Shown one piece after another: positions 51,648 through 61,235 of a stretch of DNA of 64,000 nucleotides (within the stretch, counting starts at the first letter, position 1; every line of letters begins with the position of its first letter). The DNA is taken from positions 992,001 to 1,056,000 of the forward strand of contig CAWFSF010000006.1 of NCBI GenBank assembly GCA_963818475.1. Reading direction: 5' to 3'. The notes under the pieces were generated by a model that made no database searches, was not told the DNA's origin, and saw nothing but the letters and a program-made list of their open reading frames with translations. The DNA comes from Nitrospirota bacterium (lineage in GTDB: Bacteria; Nitrospirota; UBA9217). Position numbers and translations under genes: made by a program.

Positions 51648-52640
51648 TCAGTACCCCAATGTCTGCATGGTTTCATCGAACATCGGACGCAGTGCCTCAT
51701 GCATTGCAAACTTAGGATGTTGCGGCGTCGGCCGTAACACAGCTTCACCATAGCTCAGGTAAATATCGTCCTTCCCCAGTTGACCGAAAATAGCGATCTC
51801 ACCAAGCATGGCACGCGGATTCGCCACAAGATTCTCATAGTGTATAAGCAGTATGCTCTTGTCATTTTCCTCGACACGACGTAGCCCTTCACGCATGGTG
51901 ACAATCCACTCAACCGCTGCCATATCAGTGTGTTGTGTCAAAGAGGGGATGATTGCCCTAATTCTTGCAAAATATGGATCCGGTTTAAGTAACTCGCTCT
52001 GCATCAATTTCCACTTGCGCTGATTAACTCCCCACCAATCATGAGTTACCTCCCCCTGTTTGTCACCAAGACGCTTTGACCACAACTCTATTGAAGCACA
52101 AGTATCCCAACCATTTCTCACCAGAAAAATGAATTTTGCATCGGGAAAGATTTTCCGCACAAATGGTACGCGAAAAATCAACTCTGGATACTTATCTACA
52201 AGACGATTCGAGAAAACAGTTCTCAAATAGACGCCAAACAGACGATGAGCATTTCGCCGAACCGTGTCGGTCACATGTGTTGCATCCAAGCGGTAGTGTG
52301 CTTCACCCCGGCCGTAACTGCCAATCACGTCCTCGTAAGGATAAATAGAATGCCAAAGCGCCTTGGGTTCATTCAAGAATCCTACGTCGCGATGCATGGA
52401 AAGTACCATACCCAGAACCGTGGTGCCGCTTCGGCCAGTGCCGAGAATGAATATCGGCTTTTCCACACGTTTAATCTGTGGTAAGCTTTTTTCGACAGCG
52501 AAATGCGCAAATACCAAAGGATTCAACCAGCGACCTCGCGTCGTTATCGGTCGACCTTCGAACAAGCCGTAGCTAACAAGTCGGGAAACCGTCTTAGTCG
52601 GCCGCATCCACATATAGTTGAAATCAAGCTGAGCGACCAC
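51648..52640 (-). CDS. Sulfotransferase family protein
   Basis: PIFILGTGRSGTT 5'-PAPS loop, DK.P, FP.AKFIFLVRNG.D..S, YE.LV. Confidence 0.88.
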   Translation of the reverse strand: MVAQLDFNYMWMRPTKTVSRLVSYGLFEGRPITTRGRWLNPLVFAHFAVEKSLPQIKRVEKPIFILGTGRSGTTVLGMVLSMHRDVGFLNEPKALWHSIYPYEDVIGSYGRGEAHYRLDATHVTDTVRRNAHRLFGVYLRTVFSNRLVDKYPELIFRVPFVRKIFPDAKFIFLVRNGWDTCASIELWSKRLGDKQGEVTHDWWGVNQRKWKLMQSELLKPDPYFARIRAIIPSLTQHTDMAAVEWIVTMREGLRRVEENDKSILLIHYENLVANPRAMLGEIAIFGQLGKDDIYLSYGEAVLRPTPQHPKFAMHEALRPMFDETMQTLGY

Positions 52641-52642
52641 AG

Positions 52643-53158
52643 TTAACTCCCCTCCGCATCTTGCCGCATAGCCGGTCGCTCGCCAACTACTCCTGCGGGC
52701 GACCCGATTGCAATGGCATTAGGCGGAATATCGTGCGTTATCACTGCAGCGGCTCCTATCACTGCGCCATTGCCAATTGTTACCGGCTTAGCGATCACAA
52801 CATTCAATCCGATGAAAACATAGTCGCCAATTACCACTTGCCCCTGATAAAAACGGAATGGTCGTTTCATGGTGGGTACATAACTGGTATCGAAATAATG
52901 AGTCAGAATTCGCGCACCAGCTGTAATTCTTACATTCCGGCCAACTTGAATCGCTTCAGGATAAATATCATCGAAAAAGACGTCTTCTCCAAGAAACACG
53001 GAACGCCAATCCACGAAACGCACCCCACGCATCATTTGTAATAAAACACGTATTCTCACGGGAAGCAATGGCATCTTGCGCGCAATAAATTGAAAAAGTT
53101 TACCAGCGAAGCGACGAAGAGTTCGCCGGGGAGACGCGGTTGCTGATGAATTTGTCAT
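52643..53158 (-). CDS. Hexapeptide-repeat acyltransferase
   Basis: V.IGD.VFIG, IG.GAVIGA..V..D.P....G.PA. Confidence 0.88.
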   Translation of the reverse strand: MTNSSATASPRRTLRRFAGKLFQFIARKMPLLPVRIRVLLQMMRGVRFVDWRSVFLGEDVFFDDIYPEAIQVGRNVRITAGARILTHYFDTSYVPTMKRPFRFYQGQVVIGDYVFIGLNVVIAKPVTIGNGAVIGAAAVITHDIPPNAIAIGSPAGVVGERPAMRQDAEGS

Positions 53159-53742
53159 ATACTCTCTATCTCATCTGCCAGTCTAGCATTGCGGCGTTTT
53201 CGAAATTCAACCCAATTTTCGTCAAGAGAAATCTTTTTTACAACCTTACCCGGCACACCCACGACCACACTGCAATCAGGCACATCATGAACTACCACAG
53301 CGCCCGCACCGATGATGCAATTGCTTCCAACAGTAAGCCGCCCCTCGCCCCGCACATTACTGATGATCTGCGCTCCTGCGTTGATCTCCGTGTAATCTCC
53401 TATCGTAACATTGGGGCCGCCAATAGTCACACGTTGCATGATCGAGCAGTAGCGACCAACTCTAGCGGTAGGATTTACCACCAAGCCCCGTGCATGACCA
53501 AGGAACAATCCTGACCCGAATTTCGCCTGGGGTCCTATCCAGACCCCTGCAATTAAATCATTCAGCATAGTCAACAAGTATGCCACGGGGCGTAGTAAGC
53601 GGAATTGATAGCACCATTGGCTAACGCGAAATAAGACAACCGTACGGAAATCCGGATAATACAGATATTTCAGTATCCCTTTGCGATTATGGGCCAGACG
53701 AAACACGCGTATGTCTTCTCGAATGATCTTATAAAACTTCAT
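53155..53742 (-). CDS. Serine-acetyltransferase-like O-acyltransferase
   Basis: G.GL...H..G.VV, VTIG, IGAGAVV..DVP...VVGVP. Confidence 0.85.
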   Translation of the reverse strand: MKFYKIIREDIRVFRLAHNRKGILKYLYYPDFRTVVLFRVSQWCYQFRLLRPVAYLLTMLNDLIAGVWIGPQAKFGSGLFLGHARGLVVNPTARVGRYCSIMQRVTIGGPNVTIGDYTEINAGAQIISNVRGEGRLTVGSNCIIGAGAVVVHDVPDCSVVVGVPGKVVKKISLDENWVEFRKRRNARLADEIESI

Positions 53743-54707
53743 GGCTTTAACCTTATTTTTTCTTTTCGATAATCAATAAGCGCCTTTGCCACGCTCCTTA
53801 GCGCATCAATCCTGTTATGGACTCCCCACTGAAAACATTTCGACGCAAGAAAGAAGGGGAAAATGCATAAAAAAATCAGTTTGTTTTTTCCGCTGGCATG
53901 TAGCCACATATTTAAAAGGCGGTTTTTGACGATGTGATAAACAAAAAAAACAAGATTCGGGTTTCGTGCGTCAAACACACCCTTGAAGTCACTACTATTT
54001 TTTTGACTTCCTTGTCCAATGTGAAGGACCAGAGCCTGCGGCTCATACCAAATATGCCAGCCTTTCTCCTGAACCCTAAGTGAGAGTTCCAAATCCTCCT
54101 CATACATAAAAAAACGCTGGTCAAACCCTTTTTCCTGAATAAGAAGCGTCTTGCGAATAAGCATGGCGCATCCACTGGCAAAAGTAATATAGCGCGGCAT
54201 TATGGCGGGTTCCGCATCCGCTGGCCCCAGTACGCCCGGCACTCTTCCACTGCCCCTCTTCCAGTCCACCTCTCCTCCGCCATACCAGAGTAGTGCGGGT
54301 GACTCAAAAAGTACAATACGAGGGGACACGATGCCTGCTTCCGGATGTTCATCAAGAGCTTTTTCGAGATGCAGAACCGTATCTTCCTGTATGAATGCGT
54401 CATTATTCAGTAGTAGCATAAACTCGCAATCGGTATGGGCCAGCGCCCAATCTATTCCCAGATTATTGCCGCGGCCAAATCCAAGATTTTCTGGGGCACG
54501 CAGAAGCGATACCCCAGGGAACGGTGTAAGCGCCAGTTCCAGATTAGGATCATCCGGGGTATTGTCCACCACCACAACTGAGAGTGGCACAATTGACTTC
54601 AGTAAAGAGGCTACGCACTTCGTGGTAAGTTCAGTACCATGGTAATTCACGACAATAACAGCTGTTCGAGTAGTTGATATCTCCACTATACATTTATCTT
54701 GCGGCAT
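53739..54707 (-). CDS. GT2 glycosyltransferase (rhamnosyltransferase-like)
   Basis: VVNY, VVDN, NLGF..GNN.G, LNND, FD..FFMYEED. Confidence 0.9.
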   Translation of the reverse strand: MPQDKCIVEISTTRTAVIVVNYHGTELTTKCVASLLKSIVPLSVVVVDNTPDDPNLELALTPFPGVSLLRAPENLGFGRGNNLGIDWALAHTDCEFMLLLNNDAFIQEDTVLHLEKALDEHPEAGIVSPRIVLFESPALLWYGGGEVDWKRGSGRVPGVLGPADAEPAIMPRYITFASGCAMLIRKTLLIQEKGFDQRFFMYEEDLELSLRVQEKGWHIWYEPQALVLHIGQGSQKNSSDFKGVFDARNPNLVFFVYHIVKNRLLNMWLHASGKNKLIFLCIFPFFLASKCFQWGVHNRIDALRSVAKALIDYRKEKIRLKP

Positions 54708-55971
54708 TCAAACCATCCTTTGGCTGCAATGTCGCGACATACAAAATGGCAACAAGAAGCAGGCCTATCTCTGCAGAGTTCGCAAATCTCCCTGTCGCAA
54801 TCGAGTGGATGGCATAATAGAGAAGCAAGCCCTTCACAGCGTTGACTAGTGCGAAGTTGCCACCCCCAGACCTTGGAATCCATCCAGCATAGCGCCAGGC
54901 GAATAGAAACTGGATGCTAAACAAGATAAGACCGAACACGCCGTATAAATAGAGCACACCGATGATACCGATGTCCGATGGGTAGAACCGTCCTTTGAAA
55001 ACCACATCCGCCAACCGCCACTGTTTGCTGAGATCTCCGTTGCCCATCAGCCAGTGTTTTTCAATATAAGGCCACGCCAGGCGGGTTTCAAAGATGCGCG
55101 CATTTGCCGAAGCATCTGCTGACTCCTCCCCGGTAACCAACACCGTGATGGCATCATTGAATTTCTCTCCAAGTTTTGCCATGTAATCAGGCTTCACGAG
55201 AAAAAGCATCGAGAGCAGCACTACCGATATTATCAGCGCTTTAGGCACCCATAAGATTATTCGTTGAAAAGAACCCCACCGCCAGATAAAATATACATAG
55301 CTTGCGACCATCGCGACCAGAAGTGATCTCTTCCCAATAAACACAAGAAATAAAAGGAAGGGAAAGGCAAACAGATACTGTCTCCAGTCCTTTTTCAAAT
55401 AACCCAAAAACGCATAATAGATAAAACCGAAAATAATGAAAATAGTGTCAAACTTAAACTGCGTCTCAGTGACGTGGCCGCCGCTAACAAATCCTTCTCC
55501 ATATCCGGCAAAACGGCTGGGATCAAATACAAGGGAAATCACCGTATAGAGCGTCAGACTGAACCAGGCAAGCCCCACCAGGGCTCGATCAACATCATTC
55601 AGGGAAAACGAACCCCGTCGAAAATAGTGGAGGAATATCAATACAGATGCCGTAAGTGTTATGTTGCGCCGAGCAAGAATGCCATACACGAGAGGCTGGC
55701 CGAACTCATGTTTTGCCATAAAGGCTGAGACTACAGGCACACATAAAATCAAAAGAATGACATATAGTTCAAGGCGTGCAAAGCGCAAACCATGTTTCAT
55801 GCTGTTAAAAAAGTAAACCGTGACAAGGAACATAAACACAGCGACGATCCACATGTCCTTTAGCACCATGCCGCCGGGAAAATACCGAAACACTTGTAGC
55901 GATAACATAAAGAACAGAGCAAGAAGGATGACCTTCAATATGTTTTTTTCCCCTGTTCCATGATTTACCAC
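54694..55971 (-). CDS. wzy: Putative Wzy polysaccharide polymerase
   Basis: About 10-12 hydrophobic segments, S...R loop and G.G motif; locus context. Confidence 0.7.
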   Translation of the reverse strand: MVNHGTGEKNILKVILLALFFMLSLQVFRYFPGGMVLKDMWIVAVFMFLVTVYFFNSMKHGLRFARLELYVILLILCVPVVSAFMAKHEFGQPLVYGILARRNITLTASVLIFLHYFRRGSFSLNDVDRALVGLAWFSLTLYTVISLVFDPSRFAGYGEGFVSGGHVTETQFKFDTIFIIFGFIYYAFLGYLKKDWRQYLFAFPFLLFLVFIGKRSLLVAMVASYVYFIWRWGSFQRIILWVPKALIISVVLLSMLFLVKPDYMAKLGEKFNDAITVLVTGEESADASANARIFETRLAWPYIEKHWLMGNGDLSKQWRLADVVFKGRFYPSDIGIIGVLYLYGVFGLILFSIQFLFAWRYAGWIPRSGGGNFALVNAVKGLLLYYAIHSIATGRFANSAEIGLLLVAILYVATLQPKDGLNAAR

Positions 55972-55993
55972 CAGCCTTATAAATCAACGTGCT

Positions 55994-56044
55994 TCATGCG
56001 CTCAAGAATATTCTAAAACAATCTTCCCCAGCTATACCACACAT
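55994..56044 (-). pseudogene. AsnB-type amidotransferase N-terminal remnant
   Basis: Reads MCGIAGEDCFRIFLSA*; MCGIAG is the Ntn-amidotransferase start motif. Confidence 0.5.
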
Positions 56045-56129
56045 TTCCTGCGTAGTTATTTTAAACGCTAAATTACCTTTTAAAGATAATCCACTCCAGT
56101 TTGCACTATCAGCGATTGATAACCGAGAC

Positions 56130-56711
56130 TCATTGAAACGACTTATGAAATCTCAATGTATAACGTAAATCCTTAGTTCTTTCGCCGATTATCTTTGCAG
56201 GAACCCCAGCAACAATCGCATATGGCGGCACATCCTTCGTTACAACGGCCCCCGCTGCGACAACTGCTCCTTTGCCGATCGTAACACCTGGCATAATAGT
56301 CACCCTGCAACTGATCCAGGCATAATCCTCTATTATGACCGGAGCACCTTGGGCCCGAAAATACGGGTCCTGCGGGTCATGCTCCATGGTCCAGATCCAT
56401 ACTCCCATAGAAAGAGAAACATTATTTCCCATAATAATGCCATTTCGAGCATCCATCATAGCATCGTTACCGATGACGCAGTTTCGTCCTATTGACAATT
56501 TCCAAGGCAGAAAGAACCGAGTTCGCCAATGAACGCTTGTTCCTTTCCCTATTCGAATACCAGAACTACGATACACGAGCAAGCGGAACTGATGGAACGG
56601 AACATAGCCCACCATCGTCAGAGTATAAACGAGAATATCTTGAAGCCAGTTTCTGATGATTCGCGCGATTTTACGAGATCGGCTCTGTTGAGGTGGTTTG
56701 ATATTCGCCAT
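56130..56711 (-). CDS. Hexapeptide-repeat acyltransferase
   Basis: [33 protein letters not shown]. Confidence 0.9.
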   Translation of the reverse strand: MANIKPPQQSRSRKIARIIRNWLQDILVYTLTMVGYVPFHQFRLLVYRSSGIRIGKGTSVHWRTRFFLPWKLSIGRNCVIGNDAMMDARNGIIMGNNVSLSMGVWIWTMEHDPQDPYFRAQGAPVIIEDYAWISCRVTIMPGVTIGKGAVVAAGAVVTKDVPPYAIVAGVPAKIIGERTKDLRYTLRFHKSFQ

Positions 56712-56714
56712 GTC

Positions 56715-57365
56715 CTATTTTTCCCGACGCGCTCCTACAAGCGTCCATTGAACTGTAATGAAATCTCTGCAAAAACCTAAAGTTACAGTGTTAATAATAC
56801 GATCCAGACGTCTTCTGAATTCCCCTGATTCACATCGCAAAATTTTCAGACCAGCCTGCTCGAAGAGGCGAATTGCAGTTTTGCGTGTGAAATAGCGTAG
56901 GTGGGTCCGGTCCATTATGCCATGCGAACTATATTCCCACTCTCCTTTACACAGCAACGGAAGGACCACCCCCCAGTACCGCACATTGGGAATAGAAGCG
57001 ATCAAATGGCCGCCTTCCGTCATGAGCAGACTTAATGATCTCAACACACTCCAAGGGTCTCGCAAATGCTCCAGCACATCTCCGCAAATAATATAATCGA
57101 AGGGGCCATATTCGCGCCCAATGGTCTCTAGATCGATAGATTCAATGTCGTCACAAATGACGTGATCGAGAAAGGACTCGGCTAACTTAGCCACTGTCGG
57201 AATAAGTTCGATGCCTATCACCTTTTGTGCAAGACCAAGCTTCTTCAAGTTAGCGCCGAATGTGCCCTCACCGCATCCTACGTCAAGAACTCTTTCAGCC
57301 CCGTGGCTTATATGACAGATCAATTCGGCACGAGAACACCTATAGTACAGAGCAGCATAATCCAT
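56715..57365 (-). CDS. Class I SAM-dependent methyltransferase
   Basis: VLDVGCGEG, FDYII.GDVLEHL.DP, SIPNV, D.THLR.FT. Confidence 0.9.
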   Translation of the reverse strand: MDYAALYYRCSRAELICHISHGAERVLDVGCGEGTFGANLKKLGLAQKVIGIELIPTVAKLAESFLDHVICDDIESIDLETIGREYGPFDYIICGDVLEHLRDPWSVLRSLSLLMTEGGHLIASIPNVRYWGVVLPLLCKGEWEYSSHGIMDRTHLRYFTRKTAIRLFEQAGLKILRCESGEFRRRLDRIINTVTLGFCRDFITVQWTLVGARREK

Positions 57366-57377
57366 CGAACAGATCCT

Positions 57378-57968
57378 TCAGCGGTTTGTCTTAGTATGAA
57401 TCGCATTATCGTAAATTTTGACAAATGTATCAACATTATTGCTCATTAAAAGGTGAACATGGCTCAATATTCTATCCATGGGCCAATCCCACCATCGAAT
57501 AGCGAGAAGTTTGTCGATCACGGCTGGTTCGAATCGGTACCTAATAGTTACAGCGGGATTGCCAGCAACGATTGCGTAGGGTGGAACGTCTTTTGTTACT
57601 ACTGCACCTGCCCCTACAACCGCGCCGTCACCGATCGTTACCCCTGATAGTATCGTCGCTCCATATGCGATCCACACATCGTTGCCTATACGCACATCAC
57701 CTTTTGTGTGTGGATGCCCAGGGATATTTTTGGCAACAGAGAAAAACTTAGAAAACGGATATGTCGAGATCCAATCAGTATGATGTTCTCCGCCAAGAAA
57801 GATGTGAACATCTGATGAGATCGAACAAAACTTACCGATCGAAAAGGTCGACTTCTCTCCACAGTGAAATACTTGTGGAACGCCATAGGTAAAGTCACCA
57901 ACGCTATGTTGACGTAGAAATTTTCTCCGTCTGTATATTCTGATCATATTTCTTAACAGTTTTATCAT
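57378..57968 (-). CDS. CatB/Vat-related O-acetyltransferase
   Basis: IGKFCSI, H..DW.STYPF, IGNDVWI, G.PA..IRYRF, WWDW. Confidence 0.9.
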   Translation of the reverse strand: MIKLLRNMIRIYRRRKFLRQHSVGDFTYGVPQVFHCGEKSTFSIGKFCSISSDVHIFLGGEHHTDWISTYPFSKFFSVAKNIPGHPHTKGDVRIGNDVWIAYGATILSGVTIGDGAVVGAGAVVTKDVPPYAIVAGNPAVTIRYRFEPAVIDKLLAIRWWDWPMDRILSHVHLLMSNNVDTFVKIYDNAIHTKTNR

Positions 57969-58068
57969 TATCAGTCACTACCAGAGAACATCATTTAGCT
58001 GCGGATCTGTATAGCCTGTACTTCATTTTTTATGATATGCCATTGTGCCCTCGCCGCATCGGATAGAT

Positions 58069-58998
58069 CTATGATGCTTCATTTGCCGGACCACCTGCGG
58101 CCCATTTCTTGACCCAATAAGGATCAACACCTGTCAACTTCGCAATTATATCCGCATCACGGCGATACAGCTCTTCAAGATCCTCCCTCACCTTTGGAGA
58201 AAGCACAAAACGGTTATCAAGGCCCGTTTTGACAAGTGACCTGTGCAATCCTAACCAGAATCGGACCCGCCTTCGGTATCTTTCAGGCATGATCTTGCCT
58301 AAGAGCCTCAATCTCGTATTGAAACTCAAACGAGCGACGAACGACAGGATCATATTTACATTTGATCCATGATGCCGTCTGCCAAGATCGGGAATAGCGA
58401 AATGCCGGATGCCGAGAAAATCAAAAATTTTAGCCATAAAAAGATCGGGATGATTTTCAAGATCGTCCGTGAACAATACAAGCATTCTATCCTTCGGAAA
58501 GAGCTTATAGAATTGCGCGAGAATTCTTCCATATTCTCCGAAAACGATGAATTCCTTCCAGTAATCGGGAGATTTTCTTGATGCCTCGAATGAATCCGGT
58601 TTTAATTGTGAGGCAATGGCTTCATCAAAAGTCCGAGTTTCATCGCGAACCCGCGTTGCCATATGATAATGCGAGTAGGCCCTTTCAATAGGATCACGAA
58701 GCACCGCGATGATTCTGGCATTTGGAGTCAGCTCTTTCATTCGCTGAGGCACTTTGGGCGACATCATGTAATGAGGGGTTACCGTGCCTAACAACGGGTG
58801 GTCGCCACAGGAACCGAAGAACTCATTAAAATACCACCCGTATCCTTTCTCAAAGGCATCATCATCGGAAAAAAAAGGGGCTTCCTTCTCCTGCGGCATA
58901 CAGATATCAGGGTGTTGTGATAAATGCTTATATAAAGACGTAGTACCCGCCTTCATCGCCCCGATGACAAAAAAATCAAGGCGTTTGTCGCTCTTCAT
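58069..58998 (-). CDS. Sulfotransferase (heparan-sulfate-ST-like motifs)
   Basis: DFFVIGAMKAGTTSL, HP, KE..FF, LRDPIERAYS.Y 3'-PB motif. Confidence 0.9.
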   Translation of the reverse strand: MKSDKRLDFFVIGAMKAGTTSLYKHLSQHPDICMPQEKEAPFFSDDDAFEKGYGWYFNEFFGSCGDHPLLGTVTPHYMMSPKVPQRMKELTPNARIIAVLRDPIERAYSHYHMATRVRDETRTFDEAIASQLKPDSFEASRKSPDYWKEFIVFGEYGRILAQFYKLFPKDRMLVLFTDDLENHPDLFMAKIFDFLGIRHFAIPDLGRRHHGSNVNMILSFVARLSFNTRLRLLGKIMPERYRRRVRFWLGLHRSLVKTGLDNRFVLSPKVREDLEELYRRDADIIAKLTGVDPYWVKKWAAGGPANEAS

Positions 58999-59001
58999 AC
59001 G

Positions 59002-60357
59002 CTATACGCTCTTCCCTTCACGTGTCTGCAGTCCGATCGGCCAAAATCCCAATCTGTTCTTGACCATTATCGTCATCAAGGCATTTTGCACCACCACTCC
59101 GCACGTGACCGCGATTGCCGCGCCGATAGTACTATAGACGGGGATCAACGCAACGCCCAATGCCGCCGTGACAATGGCGCTGCCGATCGTTACATCCCGA
59201 ACGGTCTTCTCATACCCGGTCATCATAAGCAGATTTGCTACCGCACCGGTTGCGGCATTCACGACCACACCAACCAGGAGGATTCGAAGAATGGAACCCC
59301 CCGCTTTAAAGTCTGGTCCGAACATGGTCATTATGATTTGGGCTACGCCAAATACCGTGCCGGCCAGGGGAACCGCTATTATCGTCAGTGCCAGGGAACT
59401 CCGCCTAGCTAATTTACTCATATTCTCAATATCATTCTGCCGATAAAACGCAGCTATCTTTGGCGACAGAATGCTGATCATCGCCATCAGAGGAAACAAC
59501 AGCAGGCCCGACACCCGGTTTGCCACGTTGAAGATCCCAACGTCCGCGGTTGTTCCCCAGATGCCAAGCATCAAAGTGGCGACCTGCTGAATGACCAGAC
59601 CGGTGAGCGCTACGCAGAAAAGCGGCCAGCTCGATCGGAACAGTGATCTCACGGAAGTTCTCTGCCGGCCGTGCGTCTCCGTTGAGTGAACCGAAGCCTC
59701 TCGATAGGCCTTTGACCAGCACATTCGGGCAGCAACAGCCGCCAGCACCGCGGCGACAGCATACGCAGCAACGGCACCGTTGATCCCCCACAGCGCTGAG
59801 AATGGATAAAGAATCACAAGGGTCCCCAGGGAGACTTGGACCGATTTTATCCACTGTGAGAAAGGAATGCTCTTGATCCCGCGGAGGGCCTCGGCATCGA
59901 TCATCGCAAGGGCGGCAGGCACTACGGTCGCCCCTGCCAGCAGCAAAGGAATTTTCAGGTCTGGCTTATTGAATACCTTGTCAGCCATCCATGGTGCGGC
60001 GATAATGAGCGCGAACGACACGACTAAGGAACTCACTCTAACAACTCGAGTTACCGCACGGTGAACGAAATGTACTGAGTTCCACTCATTTGATGCCGCA
60101 TGGGCTGCCGCAAAACGCACCACCGTATTGTCAAATCCCAGTCTAGCGATGGTCGCGGCTATTGTTGCGACCGACAGGGCAAGGTAATAGACACCCGTTC
60201 CCTCTACCCCGAGATTACGTGCGATGAATACGCTGACCGCGAAGCCCAGAAGCGTCCCCAACGTTAAAATCGTCAATGATGAGAGGGTTTCCGTTAAAAC
60301 CTCCTGCATGTGTCCATCCAGCAGGGAAAAGCGTGATTTAATTGCAGTAAATAACAT
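59002..60357 (-). CDS. wzx: Wzx flippase
   Basis: ARNLG.E..G.Y, about 12 TM helices, VG.F.VA, LIP.Y...GAA.A. Confidence 0.9.
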   Translation of the reverse strand: MLFTAIKSRFSLLDGHMQEVLTETLSSLTILTLGTLLGFAVSVFIARNLGVEGTGVYYLALSVATIAATIARLGFDNTVVRFAAAHAASNEWNSVHFVHRAVTRVVRVSSLVVSFALIIAAPWMADKVFNKPDLKIPLLLAGATVVPAALAMIDAEALRGIKSIPFSQWIKSVQVSLGTLVILYPFSALWGINGAVAAYAVAAVLAAVAARMCWSKAYREASVHSTETHGRQRTSVRSLFRSSWPLFCVALTGLVIQQVATLMLGIWGTTADVGIFNVANRVSGLLLFPLMAMISILSPKIAAFYRQNDIENMSKLARRSSLALTIIAVPLAGTVFGVAQIIMTMFGPDFKAGGSILRILLVGVVVNAATGAVANLLMMTGYEKTVRDVTIGSAIVTAALGVALIPVYSTIGAAIAVTCGVVVQNALMTIMVKNRLGFWPIGLQTREGKSV

Positions 60358-61235
60358 CAGTGTGCACCATCAATAAATATCGAAGGGCCGTGAAATGATT
60401 CAGTGGGATGAAATAATTCCGGGGGCGATAACAGCCTATTCAGGAAGTCCCTACCGATCTCTTGTTCAATAATATTCAAACCACTCTCAAGCCAGATCGC
60501 GAGGTTCCGAGCTTTGTGAGCATCAGAGCCGAGATGGTCGTACAGGCCCATTTCAAGCATCCGGAGGGCGCGCATTTTGATCCGTTCTCCGTAAATACCG
60601 GCAAAGCTTCCGATGTTTCCCTGGAACAGGCAGCCCATGGATCGCAGTGAATTTAGCGTTTCCGTATCATCATGAAATGAATATTCCCTCCTGTCGACCA
60701 GGTCAAATGATCTCCATTGCCACGGCCACAGGCCCGATAACCGCCCTTTCCGCCTCTCCGGGAGGATCGCGTCGAACATATCATATCGTTCAGGATGGGC
60801 GATGAGCGGACGTAAATGCTTGACGGTGATTATCCGATATGCTGTTTCCGCCAGGAAGCGGGGCTGGACTTGACGATACGCCTCGATCAGTACGATATTT
60901 TCTTGAAGAGGCAATGGTTTATCAAGGGAGTCCAGCAGGTATTCATCGAGATAGTATTCGGCTGACGCATGGAGCGTGACAGGGCTTCCTATGCTGTCTA
61001 ACGCTGCCTGCAGATCCTGTACAGCATCTTCTATGCGCTCCAGGTTATCATAGGTCCACTTCATTACATGGGGCGTGCAGGATATGTTGGTAAAGCCGAA
61101 ATCGGCAAGGATACGGGCCATTTCCAGTGCTTCACTCATATCACCGGGCCCGTCATCGAGGCCTGGAAGAATGTGGCAGTGGTAGTCCGTAAAAGGGCCT
61201 GGTCTGGTTATTTTTTCAGGAGTCGGTGCATCCAT
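60357..61235 (-). CDS. CpsB/CapC-type PHP protein-tyrosine phosphatase
   Basis: D.HCHILPGLDDG, TPH, AHPERY, GSDAH. Confidence 0.92.
   Translation of the reverse strand: MDAPTPEKITRPGPFTDYHCHILPGLDDGPGDMSEALEMARILADFGFTNISCTPHVMKWTYDNLERIEDAVQDLQAALDSIGSPVTLHASAEYYLDEYLLDSLDKPLPLQENIVLIEAYRQVQPRFLAETAYRIITVKHLRPLIAHPERYDMFDAILPERRKGRLSGLWPWQWRSFDLVDRREYSFHDDTETLNSLRSMGCLFQGNIGSFAGIYGERIKMRALRMLEMGLYDHLGSDAHKARNLAIWLESGLNIIEQEIGRDFLNRLLSPPELFHPTESFHGPSIFIDGAH

Noticed and set aside
57378-57968. Chloramphenicol or streptogramin resistance gene
   Set aside because: CatB-like fold but embedded in a polysaccharide operon; more likely a sugar O-acetyltransferase.
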